A DNA stretch of 64,000 nt from Trichosphaerium sp. ATCC 40318. Taxonomy: Eukaryota; Protista; Tubulinea. The notes beneath the pieces were generated by a model. It saw only the letters and a program-made list of their open reading frames with translations. It was not told the DNA's origin and did no database searches. Both the position numbers and the translations under genes were made by a program. Positions 38,383 to 52,752 of the stretch are shown piece by piece. The DNA lies in NCBI GenBank assembly GCA_038496445.1, contig JALMLS010000287.1, positions 62,001 to 126,000 on the forward strand. The letters are read 5' to 3'. The stretch's first letter is position 1. Every line of letters starts with the position of its first letter.

Positions 38383-40423
38383 TTTGATGTTGCTGAGGAT
38401 GATTCACACTTTTTACCGGATTTGACCTGAAATAACGCTATTTTGGGTTTAGATCTAAACCTGATTATTGGATGATTTGTGAGCATAGATGGCCCTCGTT
38501 ACACCCTGCAAGCTATGCCTTAAGGTAGCCTTATAGAGTACTTTATGTGAGCATAAGAGCAGAAAGTCACGTGTGCATGTAGAAATACTCAGGTGTGGTT
38601 GGTTTGCCGTAGGAGCTTTGAAGTAGGGAGCGTAGTTGGTGGGGTTGTCGGTACGAGTAGAAGGTAACGTTGTTGTATTTGAGGAAGGAGAGTCGTTGGA
38701 GGAGGCGTATACGCACACTTTACCTTAGCATATAATAATTGTCTTGTTGTAGCAACGTGTGTATAGTAATACGCTCTATCATTTTACGGAATTCGGTCAC
38801 TTGCAAACATAAATAAATATGTCTAGGTTCCTTTGACATACTTGCAAAGACAATAGAGCCAGATTACGTAAGCATTCCACACATGCTTATCGGCTTTAAA
38901 AGATGCTGTTAAACAAGGTAGTGGAGTGTGAGAGCATAAAATTACGTTGTAAGCACGGAAAAAAGTACTTACTTAAAAGCAAAAACTTGTTGCCTTAAAA
39001 GGAAAGTAGCAACATAAACTCCTTGAACACGGTTTCATGATGCCTGCACATTACACAGCCTTTTAATTGTTCCAAATATGTAGGAACTGAAGTTATAAGT
39101 GTTTTACAGCGTTTAGTGGCTAAAAAAGTTAGTTGCTCTTTAAAATCAAAGAACAATACTATACAAGCGTTATTCGTGCGTAGAATATGCGTTTCCAAGC
39201 ATAAAACACTGTTTAAAACAAAAAGGCAAGAAAAGGTATAATGCCAGGCAATGCCATCGATATTCTCTAAACTATATAAACAGATCATATACTTCTGTTT
39301 CTACATAGTCACGGTTTGGACCGTTTTGGCCCTAGCCTTTAATATTGGTTTTACGAAAAATTCCAGATGTAGAAAACTGGGCCATTTTTAAAAACACATA
39401 AATGTGCCAGCTAAAATACATCATTTGCAACGCATGTGAGTATATCGGTGGCAATAACTGAGATGTAAAATTGATTGTTTGATAACTTTGGGAAAAAAAA
39501 AATGTAAGTGAGTACTTTTGGTGCAAACGCTATTGGCATGTGTATTTTTACAATTGATCATAGTGGCACCACTATGCCATATACTCATTTTCTAACGAAG
39601 AAAAGTGTAGAACATAACATATAACATCAGTGTAGAATAGTAAACCTTTTGTTTCATCAAATATCATTCAACAAACTCCCACATTTGACGCACTTTATTG
39701 TGCGTTTACTTTTCAACATGCTTTGAGGCTATTAAATACGACCATTGACACCTACTCAAAGTGATGAAAACATAATTGATAATGTGTGCAATAAGTATAA
39801 CTTAGCTAAACAATGCTTAAAAAGTCACAAAATTAAACTATTTTTTAGAGTCATTGTAGGCTACATCACTGTTGGTGAATGTTTCATACTCTCTATATAT
39901 TATTCAAAGTATGTATGGCTACTATTTACTCAAGCGTCAATCATAAAAAACTATTTTCAACATCTAAATAATTTTGTTTTAAAAGTGGAGTGCTTACATA
40001 ATCTGGCTCTAGAAGTGGTGCAAGTCTCGTACCCTTTTAACTGAAATGCATTAACAACTTCAGATTGACAACGTAACAAAGCTCCTTTCGGATCTCTATT
40101 GAGTACAAAGGGAAGCATAGTTCGTATACATTAAGAAGATCAAATAAATCGTCTTTTTGTTAACTTACGAAGCCTCTAAAGTTGGGTAGTCAGCCGCAAA
40201 GAAAGCTAAAATTGCACGTGCAACTCTGACTTTTCCACAAGTAATTGACAAAACACGTGGTCAATAGTACTACCATGGTCTATGCTGTATGTAATTAACT
40301 CTTGCCAACGAATAGAGGTCATTGAAGTTGTTCTTATCAAGGTCAGCCAAAAGTCGCTGCAAAGTCAACTCTTGGAGTTTTTTTAGGCATTTGCTTGTCT
40401 TATTCAAAGAGGAGTTACGCACA

Positions 40424-41528
40424 ATGTCGTACATACAACAAAGAAATCAAGACGCCACAATATACGTAGGTGATTTAGACCCAAAAGTCACAGAAGAGAT
40501 CCTATGGGAGCTGTTCTTACAAGCTGGTCCAGTTGGTACGTATATAACCTCGTTTGGTAGTATTTGTTAACAATTAATTTAAAATCGTTCAATAACGCGC
40601 TAAATAACCATATTAGTTAATGTATACATTCCAAAAGATAAAATTTCAAATGACCACCAAGGTTACGGATTTGTAGAATTTCGCTCAGAACCGGATGCAA
40701 ACTACGCAATGCGCGTTATGAATATGATAAAACTCTTCGGACTACCAATTCGTTTGAACAAGGTACATCAATAACCAATGCACTCCCTGACGATCCCAAC
40801 GCGCTTAATTTAACCGTTCACACCCGTTCAAAAGGCAACGAACCTGTCAATCTATTTTATTCTACCAAATCGTTTATTTTTGCCTATAACCACTACTAAC
40901 AAATGTAAAAAAGGCCTCAAGAGATAAAAGAACATGGGATGTCGGTGCCAATCTCTTTGTTGGTAATCTTGATCCAAACATAGATGAAAAATGCTTTACG
41001 ATACATTCAGCCAATTTGGATACCTTGTATCAGCACCAAAGGTACTTAAAACTCGCAATCACGCTTTTTTTCCGCGCGTTTATTTTTGAAAGAATGTTGG
41101 CACTTTCTCACGTTTATTACACTAGATTATGCGTGATCAAGAAACAGGAGAGTCTCGTGGATTCGGTTTCATCAGCTTTGACTCATTTGAAGCAGCTGAT
41201 TTGGCTATGGAATCATTAAATAATACCTTCTTATGTAATAGACCAATTACGGTTAATTACGCTTATAAGAAAGAAGGAACAAGTAAAACAGAGAAATATG
41301 GTTCTAGTGCAGGTAAATACACATTACTTACGCTCAACGAAAAGATTCTTTGGTTGGAGAACATCAATTTCTAAATTTTTTTTCTTTTTTCTACTCTTTG
41401 TTAACTTGTAACGTCTAGAACGTATTTTGGCTGCAAACAATCCTCATGCCCTTCGCAATGGTCCTGGTATGGGTCCACCAGATATGCAAATGGGATTCCC
41501 ATACGGTGGTGCCCCACAACAATACTAA
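40424..41528 (+). CDS. SF3B4: Splicing factor 3B subunit 4 (two RRMs), with a 1-nt frameshift in this sequence
   Basis: [85 protein letters not shown]. Confidence 0.95.
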
Positions 41529-41764
41529 AAAAAATGGCTTTAGAAGTCACTTTTGTATTTTTTACCCCTTTCTTGGCATGCTATGACACGTAATATCGTC
41601 GAATAAATTACACATTGCGCCAACTCAGTGCTAGTGCAGAAACGACAAAAAACCAAGACAGTCTTTTTCTTTTGTGTAGGTGAAAAGCATTCATCATTGG
41701 TTTGGGTTTTTTTGTTTTTTACAGAGTTTTTACAAATACGACAGTCACACCGTTCTTATTTTTT

Positions 41765-44653
41765 TTATTGCATTTCATCACCATCGGAATCATACTCATC
41801 ATCATAATCTTCATCATCAGAGTCACTGAATTCTGCATTGAGACTACGCTTGTGCGTATATTGCCTTATGGCATCCACAGCATCACCATCCATAGGTAAT
41901 AAGGATTTACGTCGCAAAGTTTCTTGTATAGACAGCTGTCGTACTTCCTGAAAAAAGTAAATATGGAATCTGCAAGAAAAAAAGAAACTTCAAATTATAC
42001 TGTACCTTAACCATTTCTTCAAATATTTGATCATCAGAGATACCATCAATATCTTCTTCCTCCAAATTAAATTCTTGAGGAGGTGGGGCCTTTAGAGTGG
42101 AATCTTTTTTGTGAGCAAGCTACGACTATTAGCCAGAAGATCGAGCAATTTTTAATTGTAAAATTACCTCGTATACTTTTTTCCACTTTTCATAACGCTC
42201 TAGTTGCTCCATTCGCTTCAAGTGTCGTATTTCGCGAGCACGGCGTAGGGCTTCATTAAATACGCTCTGATCAATGGACATGAATTGTTTCAGTGCATTA
42301 TGGCTCATTGCACGTATTGACCTTTGAGAAAAATTAAATACTGTGTAATACATAGTACGACAGAATGAACATACTTATTCCAGTGCTTTTGAGATACTTC
42401 ATAGAGTGTAGGGAAGAGAATAGGGAATATGATATTAATGTTATCAGCAATCAAAGCCCAGATATACTGGTCATGCCACAAAGTAAGTGCTTTTTCAGCA
42501 ACCTAACAACACAGTAAGCAAAACTTTCTTTTTTGTTCAATTTCAATCACGCACTTGGAAATGAGTGTTAGCAATACTTCTCGCAATCTGCTTGAACAAG
42601 TCCTCTTGAACCTCAAGGAAGGCCTCATACGACTCTTCATCTCCTTCTGAAAGTACTAGCAATATTTCCTCTACCTCACTAAGGAAGATGATCTCTTTTG
42701 TACTATTTACATGTGGCCAATACCTATCACAACAGTAAGCAAAAATTAAAACTACTGATTCACCACGTACTTTAATAATTGGTCTACAACCTTACGTGAT
42801 AAGCTTCTGTCTTTATCAATATACTGTGCGGTACAATACCGCAATTGTTGATGATATAACGTTAAGGGCTTAGGCTACAAAAAATAAACACAAAAACACC
42901 CTCAAAAATACTCAACAGTACCTTATGTAGTGGTAATAGTGCCTTCTCCAAAAACTCGCGATGTTCATGTTTCAGCGGTAGCGCAAATCCGTTAATAATA
43001 CTAAGGTAAATCCATAAGAACAGTCCACATTTTATGAACATCATAAACAGTACATACCTTCCCAAAATCTCAAGCAACTCTGCAATACCATTATGACGTT
43101 GACTTTCATACGAGAAGGTCAGAAATATGTTTCTAATTTGCTTCCTAATGCAAGGGCGCAATTGAAAAAACTTGGAGTAAATCCTATGAAGTGTTGTCTT
43201 CAAAAAATCGCGTTCACGAGGATCTTCACTGTCGAACAAGAGTAATAGCTGAGAAATAAAACTACAGAAAATAGTCAGTCAAAAAAACTATAATCTCCAC
43301 GCACTCCTTATTAATATATTCTTGTGCAATACCAGCGTTCATTCTCGGACACTCCACAAAGCGCAAGAAAAATTCGTATACAAACTGAATATGAGGCCAC
43401 GCTAATTCCAAAATAGGTTCATCCTCTATAACACAAAAAATCAACAACAATATTCACTTCTCGCAAAAAAAAAAAATTAATATCCAATACCTTCTGGATC
43501 AAATTCTAAACCACTTGGATTTACACGCGGTGGCAATGGGCGAAATAGGTTTATGCTAACCTAAAAAAAATCGTTAGTTAACGTACTTATTGAATAATAT
43601 TTTTTTCGCTATTTTTGTGTAACACTCTACAAATTAGGCAATACAGTCACAGACTAAAGCCAGCATACACAAAAAAAAAATACCATGACGGCATATTCGT
43701 CACCACAAGTAAGTGAGCGACTTGCAACCACTACAGCGTGTTGTCGCGCCAAAAAGCCCAAAAACAAACCAAAAATAGTCACACGCCCGAAAGGCGATAG
43801 AAAACAAAAAAGGCGATTCACAAAGACGCACCATGCTTATGACTGCCTCATATATTGCTGGTGTGATATTGAAGGTTCTACTGGTAACGATATATTCCAT
43901 AAGTTCTGAAAGCGCATCGCGTTTCACTTCCTTTTCCTTAAGGCGCGCTAGAGGAACATTGAAATCAAAAATGCGACGGCACTGGTTGACTTTTTTGATA
44001 AACAACATTTCTCGCTCCTTTTCTGGCGCCCCTAAACCATGATAAGCGACTCACATTGAGTACAGAGCGATTTAGTTGGTTGACAATTAAAATAACCATT
44101 TCTCAAAAATTGTAGAGCCGGTAAGTATCCCAAACGCAGCGCTTGGTTATGACAAACACAATGTCAAGCATGTTTTCAGTTGAGGCTGTTTAAGGAAAAA
44201 TGATAAATAATGCAATGGTAACATGCTTACTGCTAATGAGAGGGAGATTTCTCAGCGGTGCGGACTCTCCGTCCGTTTCCTGTCTAAAACGTGAAGATTT
44301 GCTTGATGTGTGCCTACTGTCCTTTTTGATAGGTATTTGCTCCGCTGCGACTCTATTAAGAGACGGGTGCAATTCTACCGGTGGTGGTTGGTTGTTACTG
44401 GCGCGTGTTGGCCGCTAAACGTGCGTTAACAGATCAGCTTCGCTAGGAACGTTTTGTGAGACGTACACGAGCGCTATTAGGTGCAGATGCGTTTTCGCTT
44501 TCGATCGGTTTGTCTCCGTTTTGGTTGGCACCTTGCTCCATATTTTGGTTCTCCGGTTGCTAAGTAAGAGTGAGTATGATTGTCAAAGCGTTTAAAGCCA
44601 AAAAGCGCAACGTTTGGAGATCTGACCTCGTCGTTGGGATTAGATGTGCTCAT
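41765..44653 (-). CDS. PPP2R5: Protein phosphatase 2A regulatory subunit B' (B56 family)
   Basis: [103 protein letters not shown]. Confidence 0.95.
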
Positions 44654-45524
44654 TGTGCGAGAAACAAGTACTCCGCGCCCAAGTGAATTTACAAATGCCT
44701 TTCGCTTCAATTGTCGAAGTAGAACGTGACAAACGCAGTTGTGAGTAATGAAGTATTTACTGTATTGCGGTGCGACTACAGTAAGTAAAATACGACCTGC
44801 TACGAAATTTTTTTGACATTTTTAGCAACAAAAAAAACAGCGCAAAAGTGTTTTCCATTCTTTAGTAGTAGTAACTGTTTGAACCTACGCCCAGAGACGG
44901 TATCATTAGAAAGAATAATCCTTTTTAGAAGTTTTTTTCTTTATTTGCCTCAAACCCTTGTCATTTATGTACCATTGCACGCCAAACTGCGTAATTAATT
45001 CCTAGTGATCTAAGGCGTCAAGTTTACAACAATTCCCACAAAACTACTTGTTGTTGCTATGGACGCAGTGGGCAATAAAGGAATGAAGCAGTCTGACATC
45101 TGAAAATCTACCTCTATAATTAGAGTACCTGTTCGCAATTTGTTGACGTTTTGGTTAATTCGGCAGTTACGTACTAAATACGCACGAACGAACTGAACGA
45201 GTGCTCATTACGCATGTTCGTTGCGCTTTCACGCGGAACAATGCATTTTCTTAGATTATGCGTTGAAAGGCTCAATTCAAAGCAGGTAAGTATACAAATC
45301 ACTAAAGTAAACGCTTTTACAGATTATGGCGTTTTCGTGACATGCTGTATTTGCTCATTGATTTACGTCCTCAAACTTTTTGCAGCTGTGTACCTTTGTT
45401 TCAATTCTATTGACGTTGGGAGAAAGCTAGTGGAAAGGATTTTTACCCATCCCAAAACAGCTTTGAAAATCCACAGCTTTGCCCAAGTGTAGTTACTTTT
45501 ACTTTATTGTAACAACTCACCATT

Positions 45525-46744
45525 CTAGTATATATGGTGTAGCAAGCAATCGTCATTATGAATCATTATTGTTGTAATGTGTTCAACACTCAAACCGCCT
45601 CTCCACATTTGACAGGTCATATTTACATTGACGATTTGTCCTCGCATTGCCGGAAGAAGGACACCATTTCTGTGTCCACCATATACTCTTGCTCCATTAC
45701 GACCTGAGAAACTGATATAATTAATAACTTTGCTACGACCGGCTTGGATCAACATATTACGCCTCTCAACTTCAGAGAAGGTTATGTTCTGCACTTCGCC
45801 TGCTGTTTTATCTCCAGCTTCTGAACAAATAATCAAATGTTAAGAAGCCAATGTACTTTTTGTGTACCTGAAACATAGCCATCACTAAAGTGGAATGCGA
45901 GATATCTAACACTATGATCGGCAACCAAATTAATCTCAACAATGAACCTTTGTTTGAGCATCATAATGTAAATAGGGTCTTCCCAAAAGACAGGAAAACA
46001 TCTGTCTGTTGCTTTGTACACATCAGAAATCCAGAAGAATTCTTTAAGATATTCCCCCTCATGTAAAGTATCATGTGTGCGTTCCATTCCTACTAATACA
46101 GAATCCCCCTCATTTGTTTTATACAGCACACTATCTAAACAAAACAACAGTAAAAAAACTGATTGAGTGTTTTGTTGGAGCAACTGAAACTTACATTGGA
46201 AGTCCGAAACACCTCCACTTCCGTCGTACTGTACTTTGACGCTCTCTATCCATATACCTGTATCTAGTTCAATGACATTGCCATAGCTATCAACACTTAT
46301 ACTTGTTGGTTTTTGTTGCCAGCCTCTTATCCTTTCCTTGATTGCCTGTGTATAGCTGTTTAGTTTACTATCATAGTCAAAAAAACAGGTGAGAATTTGA
46401 CCAATCATCGTCAAATTCTCATGCTTTTAATTCCCATTCTAGGGAAAAAAAAGTAGTATTGAAGCGTTACTGGTATTAGGAACTCACTCTGCACCAAGAA
46501 AAATCTGCAGGAAGTTGTAGAGTATCTACATTAAGCCTTGAATGAAATAAGAGACAATTAATACGTTTTAACACAAACCGAACCTATCTTCAAGTACTTT
46601 ACGGTACATATGTTTGCAAAACGGTTCATTCTTTATAATTGCACGTAATCGTTTACAGGTACTTCCAAGATTTACTACAGAGTCAAAGTCTGATACTAAA
46701 GATATCACCGTATCTTCTAAAAGCTCATTGGGTAAACTGTGCAT
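45525..46744 (-). CDS. F-box protein with beta-rich, possibly jacalin-like, C-terminal region
   Basis: MHSLPNELLEDTVISLV...LGSTCKRLR (F-box). Downstream IESVKVQY, IVEINLVADHSVRYLAFHFSDG and VYGG resemble beta-prism repeats (weak). Confidence 0.6.
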
Positions 46745-46845
46745 TTGTTTCTACAGGTCAAAGCGAGAAATGGTGAATCTCTTCGCCAAGTCGTACTTAA
46801 ATCTGGTTAAGTCGTACAAAACAGAGGCCTGTACCAGCTTGTAGC

Positions 46846-48544
46846 ATGCGACGCAAGGTAAAATCAAAGCCGAGACGTAACCGTTCATGCTCACAGTTCC
46901 TTGTATCATCGATTAGTGTCAGCATAACATTTTGCGTCGTTTGTTTTGCTGTATGGATATCAAAAGAGACTGGTGACTTGCTTTCGAACTATAACGTCGT
47001 TGTAGTGTCCAAACAACACTTTCAGATTGAAAAGATGTTAGATTACGCTAAATCGTTACCATATCTATTTAAAACGAAGGCAAAAGAACAAGAACCGCTT
47101 CTACAAACACGTGAATTGCCAGAGGTACCGATTTGCTTAAGAAACGTCGTTGATTTTGATAAAGGTCCCTCAATTGGTTAAAACTACTCAACGTGGATTA
47201 CTTACTGTATTGTGTAATGAGAAAACGATGGTTGGACATCCAAAGACTTGCAGTAAGTGTAACAAAGTACATTATTGCTCAAAGGCAGCTCAGAATCGTG
47301 ATTGGAAGTATCACAGGTGACACTAAAAAAAAAGTAATCTGTTGATTGATAAGTTTAGTTACGTTTGCGATAAGTTTGCTACTATAGATGATATTTATCA
47401 CGTGACTCGTGGAGTAGATGTCAAATTAATATCAGAACCATTTGAAAGTAGTTCGTGGGATGAACTGTTTAATAATAGCGTCGTACCTGTTTCTCCAAAG
47501 GAGCAATTATTCATGTCTTCTGTGTTATCGCAAATAGCAACCACGGCATATGCTATAAAACAGCTTGAAGATTTCTTGCAGTTAAACAATGAGTCAGATA
47601 TACTACGTATTCATGTATTAGGTAGTGTAGTGATTCTATTTATGTGCAACTAATGCTTCTAGGTGCAAGTAGAGCTGAGTTTGATCAGAAAACAATGTAT
47701 GAAAATCTGGGGAAGATGCTTCAAGTTGACCAGCTAGATATTACGTTTATAGGTGAACCAAACACTCTGTTAGTAATATTAACATGTTGTAGGACCTGAG
47801 TTAACCAGGCAATCAATGTATTGGGAATCATCTGATCCGTCAGTGTCCATAAAGAACGCGCCTTGGAAAATTTCGTGCAATGAAATTACTAATGTTTGTG
47901 TTTAGGTTTGTAAGAGGTTTTTATCACAATTATGTCAATACAGACACATTTAAAAAGCCCTTAGTCGTAGTTGGATTTAATTGCGGCTTCGTTCTTTATA
48001 AATCATGGTTTCCAACGTACGTGCAGCTAATACATTACTTGCTGTCACTTCATTTTTTCAATTGCTCGCTAACTCAAACAAGGATAGAAGCAATCCTAAA
48101 ACTGGATGTACCAATGATAGTAACTAACTATCGTATATGGGAAACATACGCAGAGCATGAAGTAAGAAGAAAAATAGTAGACCATTTATCAATTCCGTAC
48201 AAACCAAAACTTTCTTTAGGTGCTACTTGCTATGTTTAAAGTCCACGTGTCAGATCCGTATACGAACCCTTTTGCTTCATTGCAATACAAGCAATCTACA
48301 ACCCTCGTGAACGATGTGTTTAGGTTAGTGGCCAAATAGTGGATGAGTAGACAAGGTTGATTGACACTTTACTTTAGGGAAAATTCATATTTTTGGGCAT
48401 TTAAAAAACAGCCGGAAAAAGTCAACAAGGTTTCTTTGTAAGTATTTCTCAATAATAAAACCACCGCACAACGACGTAGTCGCTAACCTTTGTATGATGT
48501 ACGCATTTATCCTTTGTTTAAAACAAGTCACAACGTTGTGGTGA
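46846..48544 (+). CDS. MSS51/ZMYND15 C-terminal-like domain protein
   Basis: LRIHVLGA..AE, ITFIGPEL, GFYHNY, VVGFNCGF..YKSWFPT, NPFASL. End approximate. Confidence 0.65.
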
Positions 48545-49030
48545 CTCTCAACGCATGCTTCCTGTGTCAATAGCTTCGTTAATGCTATTGGACATCCCCG
48601 CATCGCAAAATTCTTCAAAAACGACACGAGCAATCGCTTATCGATATTATTTAGGCTAGTTACCTCACAGCTAAACCAATCAAACTCATAGTCGTGTTGC
48701 AAGATTGACCAGGCTGTTGTTCAGTGGTTCGCGAAAAGCTAATTTCCTTGCCACTGCACAGAAGCCATAATAGTGTCACTGCTTCAATTCAAAGCCCTAG
48801 AGTGTGCTACGATAGTACTCTGACAGCTCAAAGAAGCTCACAAGCGTCAATTGATTTTTCAAATTTCTGTGAAGGATGCTTTCCGGATGTATTTAAAAGT
48901 TGTTTTTATACGTGTGATAAAACTATTCTTGTATTGTTGAATGCGTGAGCTCATGAATTAGACTTAAGGTTTCGTGTGGTATTTGTAAGAACTTAAAAAA
49001 AACAATTGAGTTTACGTCACAACTGTCTGT

Positions 49031-50697
49031 ATGGATAAAGTGGAGCTGTTAAAGGTTCATCACTTACATTATTGGGTCAGCAATGCTGTGGCGTCTGCTA
49101 CGTATTTTATAGCACGCTTTGGGTTCGAACCTTTGGCATACAGCGGCTTAGAGACTGGAGAGAACTCTAGGGTTACTCATGTAGTGAGAAAAGCGGATGT
49201 ACGTAAAGCAGTAACAAAGTTTCTACACTAGGCTTCAAAAGAGCGCATTTATTGCTACAGTGGAAACCTAGGCGTTCCCAAGTCCATTGATCAAAATTCT
49301 CACTTTTCGTAGATTGTTTTAGCGTTCACGAGTACCTTACTTCCACAAACAACGTCTAGTAGAAGCTCAGACATAGCGCAGTCCATCCTAGTACACGGAG
49401 ACGCAGTACGCGATGTTGCCTTTTTAGTGGAAGATTGCACGTCACTATACAACGTACGTGCGTCTAGGAGGGTTTTCAGAACATAGCAACGTTCAAAAAA
49501 AAGATGACATTTCGTTTGGCCTTTTCAAAAAATCTTTGTCCTGACCTTTAAAAGGTTCTCAAGAGCGAAAAAAAGCATGTAAACATCGTATCAGAACCAC
49601 ATGATACTTCTGATAAGAACGGCAAGGTTACACAGTTTACTATAAAAGTGTTTGGTGCGTGTCAAACGAACACTGGGTTTTTTTTTTATCTGACATTTGT
49701 ATCCTCAAGGCGATGTGACCCATACTTTTATTGATACGTCCGAATACAAGGGTCCTTTCTTACCTAATTTCACACCTATTACGGAGAAAGATCCACTTTC
49801 AGAGCTACCTGGGTACATATATTTTTTTAAGTTCACATGATCTAACACGTGATAAAAGTTTACAACCTGAATTTGACACTATCGATCATTTTGTTGGTAA
49901 TTTAGAAAATGAAAAGCTGGAGAGCATCTGCCAGTGGTACGTCAATAAACCATTCTTTGTTTTCGTGTACAATACTGATACTCGATTAAGGTATCAAGAT
50001 AATCTTGGATTTGATTTATTAAACGCATACACAGTAGAAACAGAGTCAAGCTCTTTTCGATCAAAAATTATTATAAACAAAGCTGGAACTATACGTGTAC
50101 CACTTGTAGCTCCTTTAAAAGCTGGTAAAAAGAAGAGTCAGAACCAAGAGTATTTAGAGTATAATGGTGGAGCAGGAGTACAGCACATTGCGTTTTCTAC
50201 AAAAGACATCGTCAAAACAGTCCGAGCACTAAAGGTATGTTTTACTTTTTTCGAGTTTTAATCGTGAACTCACTTGTATGGTCTAGGGTCGTGGTGTTAA
50301 ATTTCAAACAGTACCAGATGTATACTATGACCATTTACAAAAGCGTCTTGCTGAGGCTGGGTTCAGTATTAAAGAGGATATAGAAGAACTTCGTGAATTA
50401 AAGATTTTGGTTGATTTTAGTGCTTCAGGATACTTGCTTCAAATTTTTACAGGGTTAACTCAAGATAGACCAACAACTTTTATAGAACTTATACAAAGAC
50501 ATAACCACAATGTACGTTTTCAACCAAAAACCCAAAGAGTAAAACCTTTCTGTTGGCGCCATGCACTTTTTGAAAAAAAAGTTGGAACGTATTTCTTCGC
50601 TCTAAAGTTGCACTTCTAGGGCTTTGGTGAAGGCAATATTCAAGCTCTTTATGAGTGTGTAGAAAGATCTCAAGATAAACGTGGTAATCTTGATTAA
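49031..50697 (+). CDS. HPD: 4-hydroxyphenylpyruvate dioxygenase
   Basis: HH..YWVSNA, AYSGLETG, HGDAVRDVAF, IDHFVGN, SQNQEYLEYNGGAGVQHIAF, GYLLQIFT..DRPT.FIELIQR, GFGEGN. Confidence 0.95.
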
Positions 50698-50863
50698 CAT
50701 ATAATGGTGTAAAGAAGAAACAAAGAAACAAAAAAGCAAGATAGCCAAATCAACATCGCAAAAAACAAAATGATATTCAACATTTTTGGTCTTTAATTTG
50801 TATTGTATTATAATAACACCTCACCTCCTTCATACATATGCCTACTTATTAATTATTCATGAA

Positions 50864-52387
50864 TTAAAATAGCGTATGTGTTATAGATTGGTCATATTCT
50901 GTATCTCTTTCTGTATCTCCATCAACGACTAAGCTTCCAACAACTTTTGAAAAATTGCTTAGATCTAATTTCTGAGCAATTTTAGACATTGTGTCATCAT
51001 CAATAGTGCCGCTATCTGTTCCCATATAATACTGTAAAGTGACTCTAACAGGAAACCTTGTATCTCTTACTATATCATGCCCTTAAAAAACGTAAGAAAA
51101 CCAAGACTAGCTCACAAAAGTGACAGCTGAAAAACAAGAAAGAATAAGCGAACCTTGAAGTTCATTAAAATCTCCTTCTTCTTCACCGATAGATATGATG
51201 GCTGGTTCAACACTATTATGGCCAGGCGCTGCTCCATACAACTTTGCATAAAAACCATTAGTTGCCATCATGTACACAATATAGCAAGGACAGCACATGC
51301 ATATGAATGCTGACTTGAGCAAACTGAACACCTTCCTTACGATAATTAGTGTAGAGTTTGGCTTTTTTTTCTTACTTTTTTCGTTCTGCCCACACTTCTT
51401 TTCTTGAGGTTATTGGTACTTGTATCAGTAATAACACATTTTGCTGTAATTCTTCTGTATTCATTTCACTATCGTCATCTAAAGACACACCGCGAGCTTG
51501 TCTATCGTCAGATAATCTTGTTCCAACAAATGAGCATCTTTTTCCATTGTTGTTAAAAAACAGTTGTTGTCCCTGAACAGAGCTTAATGTAACTCAGGTA
51601 CCGATTTTTTTAGTACTTGTTCGTTTGTAATGACTTGTGCTGATGAACCTGAAGCGCTGCATATTATTGATAGTACATGAGGGTTATTTAGTCTTGTCTG
51701 GTAATTGTATAATGCAACATTGAATTTGACAGATTCAGATTTAGGTATTGGAAGCATACACGCTTGTGCTGACACAATGACACTTTTATCACGTGATTTA
51801 CAATATAAAGAACTACCACTCCAGCCGTTAGAATCATGGATATAACTCTTGAGATCCTTCAAGTAGTCCACGAGCCTAAATCGTCAATAAACAAAAAAGG
51901 CCCAAGAGGTGATTGATTCTGGTTTTGTACGATATTGTTTTCAAGCTTGAGTCACTTTCGTTACCGACTACAACCATTACATCTTTCATTGGTACATCTG
52001 TAGTAACGTCTTCAAAGTTTGGTTTACGTATTATAGGAAGGAGATTGTTTTGAACTAAGTTTCGTTAAACGACAATAAAAACAATTTACTGTTTGTATTG
52101 GTTCATTGAAAGATGCGACGTCAGGTAATTAAAATAAAGGCTTCAAGCGTATAAATACGCATAAAACGGTACCAACAAGCGTCATATCACTTATACAAGG
52201 TCCATAACTACTCCCTTTTGTTCTTGCGCAGTCTTCCCAAGAAACATTCGTAATTGTCAACCGATGCGATGCTAAAGAAGTATTAACGCCCGTTAATGCT
52301 GTTTGAGGTCGTTTATTAAGTACCAGCAAGTGAAATGGCTGTCTTGTCATAAGCAAGAGTTTTAGCGCGCAAGATAACATCAGCCAT
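50864..52387 (-). CDS. Uncharacterised conserved-looking protein (WEDxxR-GPxISDMTL motif family)
   Basis: VSWEDCARTKGSSYGPCISDMTL, PIIRKPNFED, VGNE, SAQACMLP, LYNYQT, QLFFN, LIQVP, RDTRFPVRVTLQYY, GSLVV across phase-consistent exons. Confidence 0.7.
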
Positions 52388-52752
52388 TGCTTTGCAGGAT
52401 CTGTAGCATATGCTTTTTTTTTCCACTACGGTCAAGAGTGAAAAAGCGCGGCTGTGCACTATGGCATTTGTCAACGTTTGAAAGATTCCTTCTCATTGAT
52501 GAAATACTGTGTAACTAAACCGTCATACAAGAAGAGAACTACTATCATACTGATAGTTCGATCAATTATGTGGAGTTTTCTGATGCACGGTTTTTATTGC
52601 AATTCGTTTATTGTTTTGTATTAACTACATTGGTGACCTTTTGTTGAAGATGATGTTCACGTGCGTGTGGGTACAGTATTTATTTACAAATATTGAATAT
52701 TAGGCTTTTGAGAATAGTAAACCATTTGTAACAACTTCAATTTGGTTTTTGT

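Noticed and set aside
38995-40044. Short ORFs in the gap before SF3B4
   Set aside because: Mostly non-ATG starts, no recognisable motifs and no consistent exon chain.
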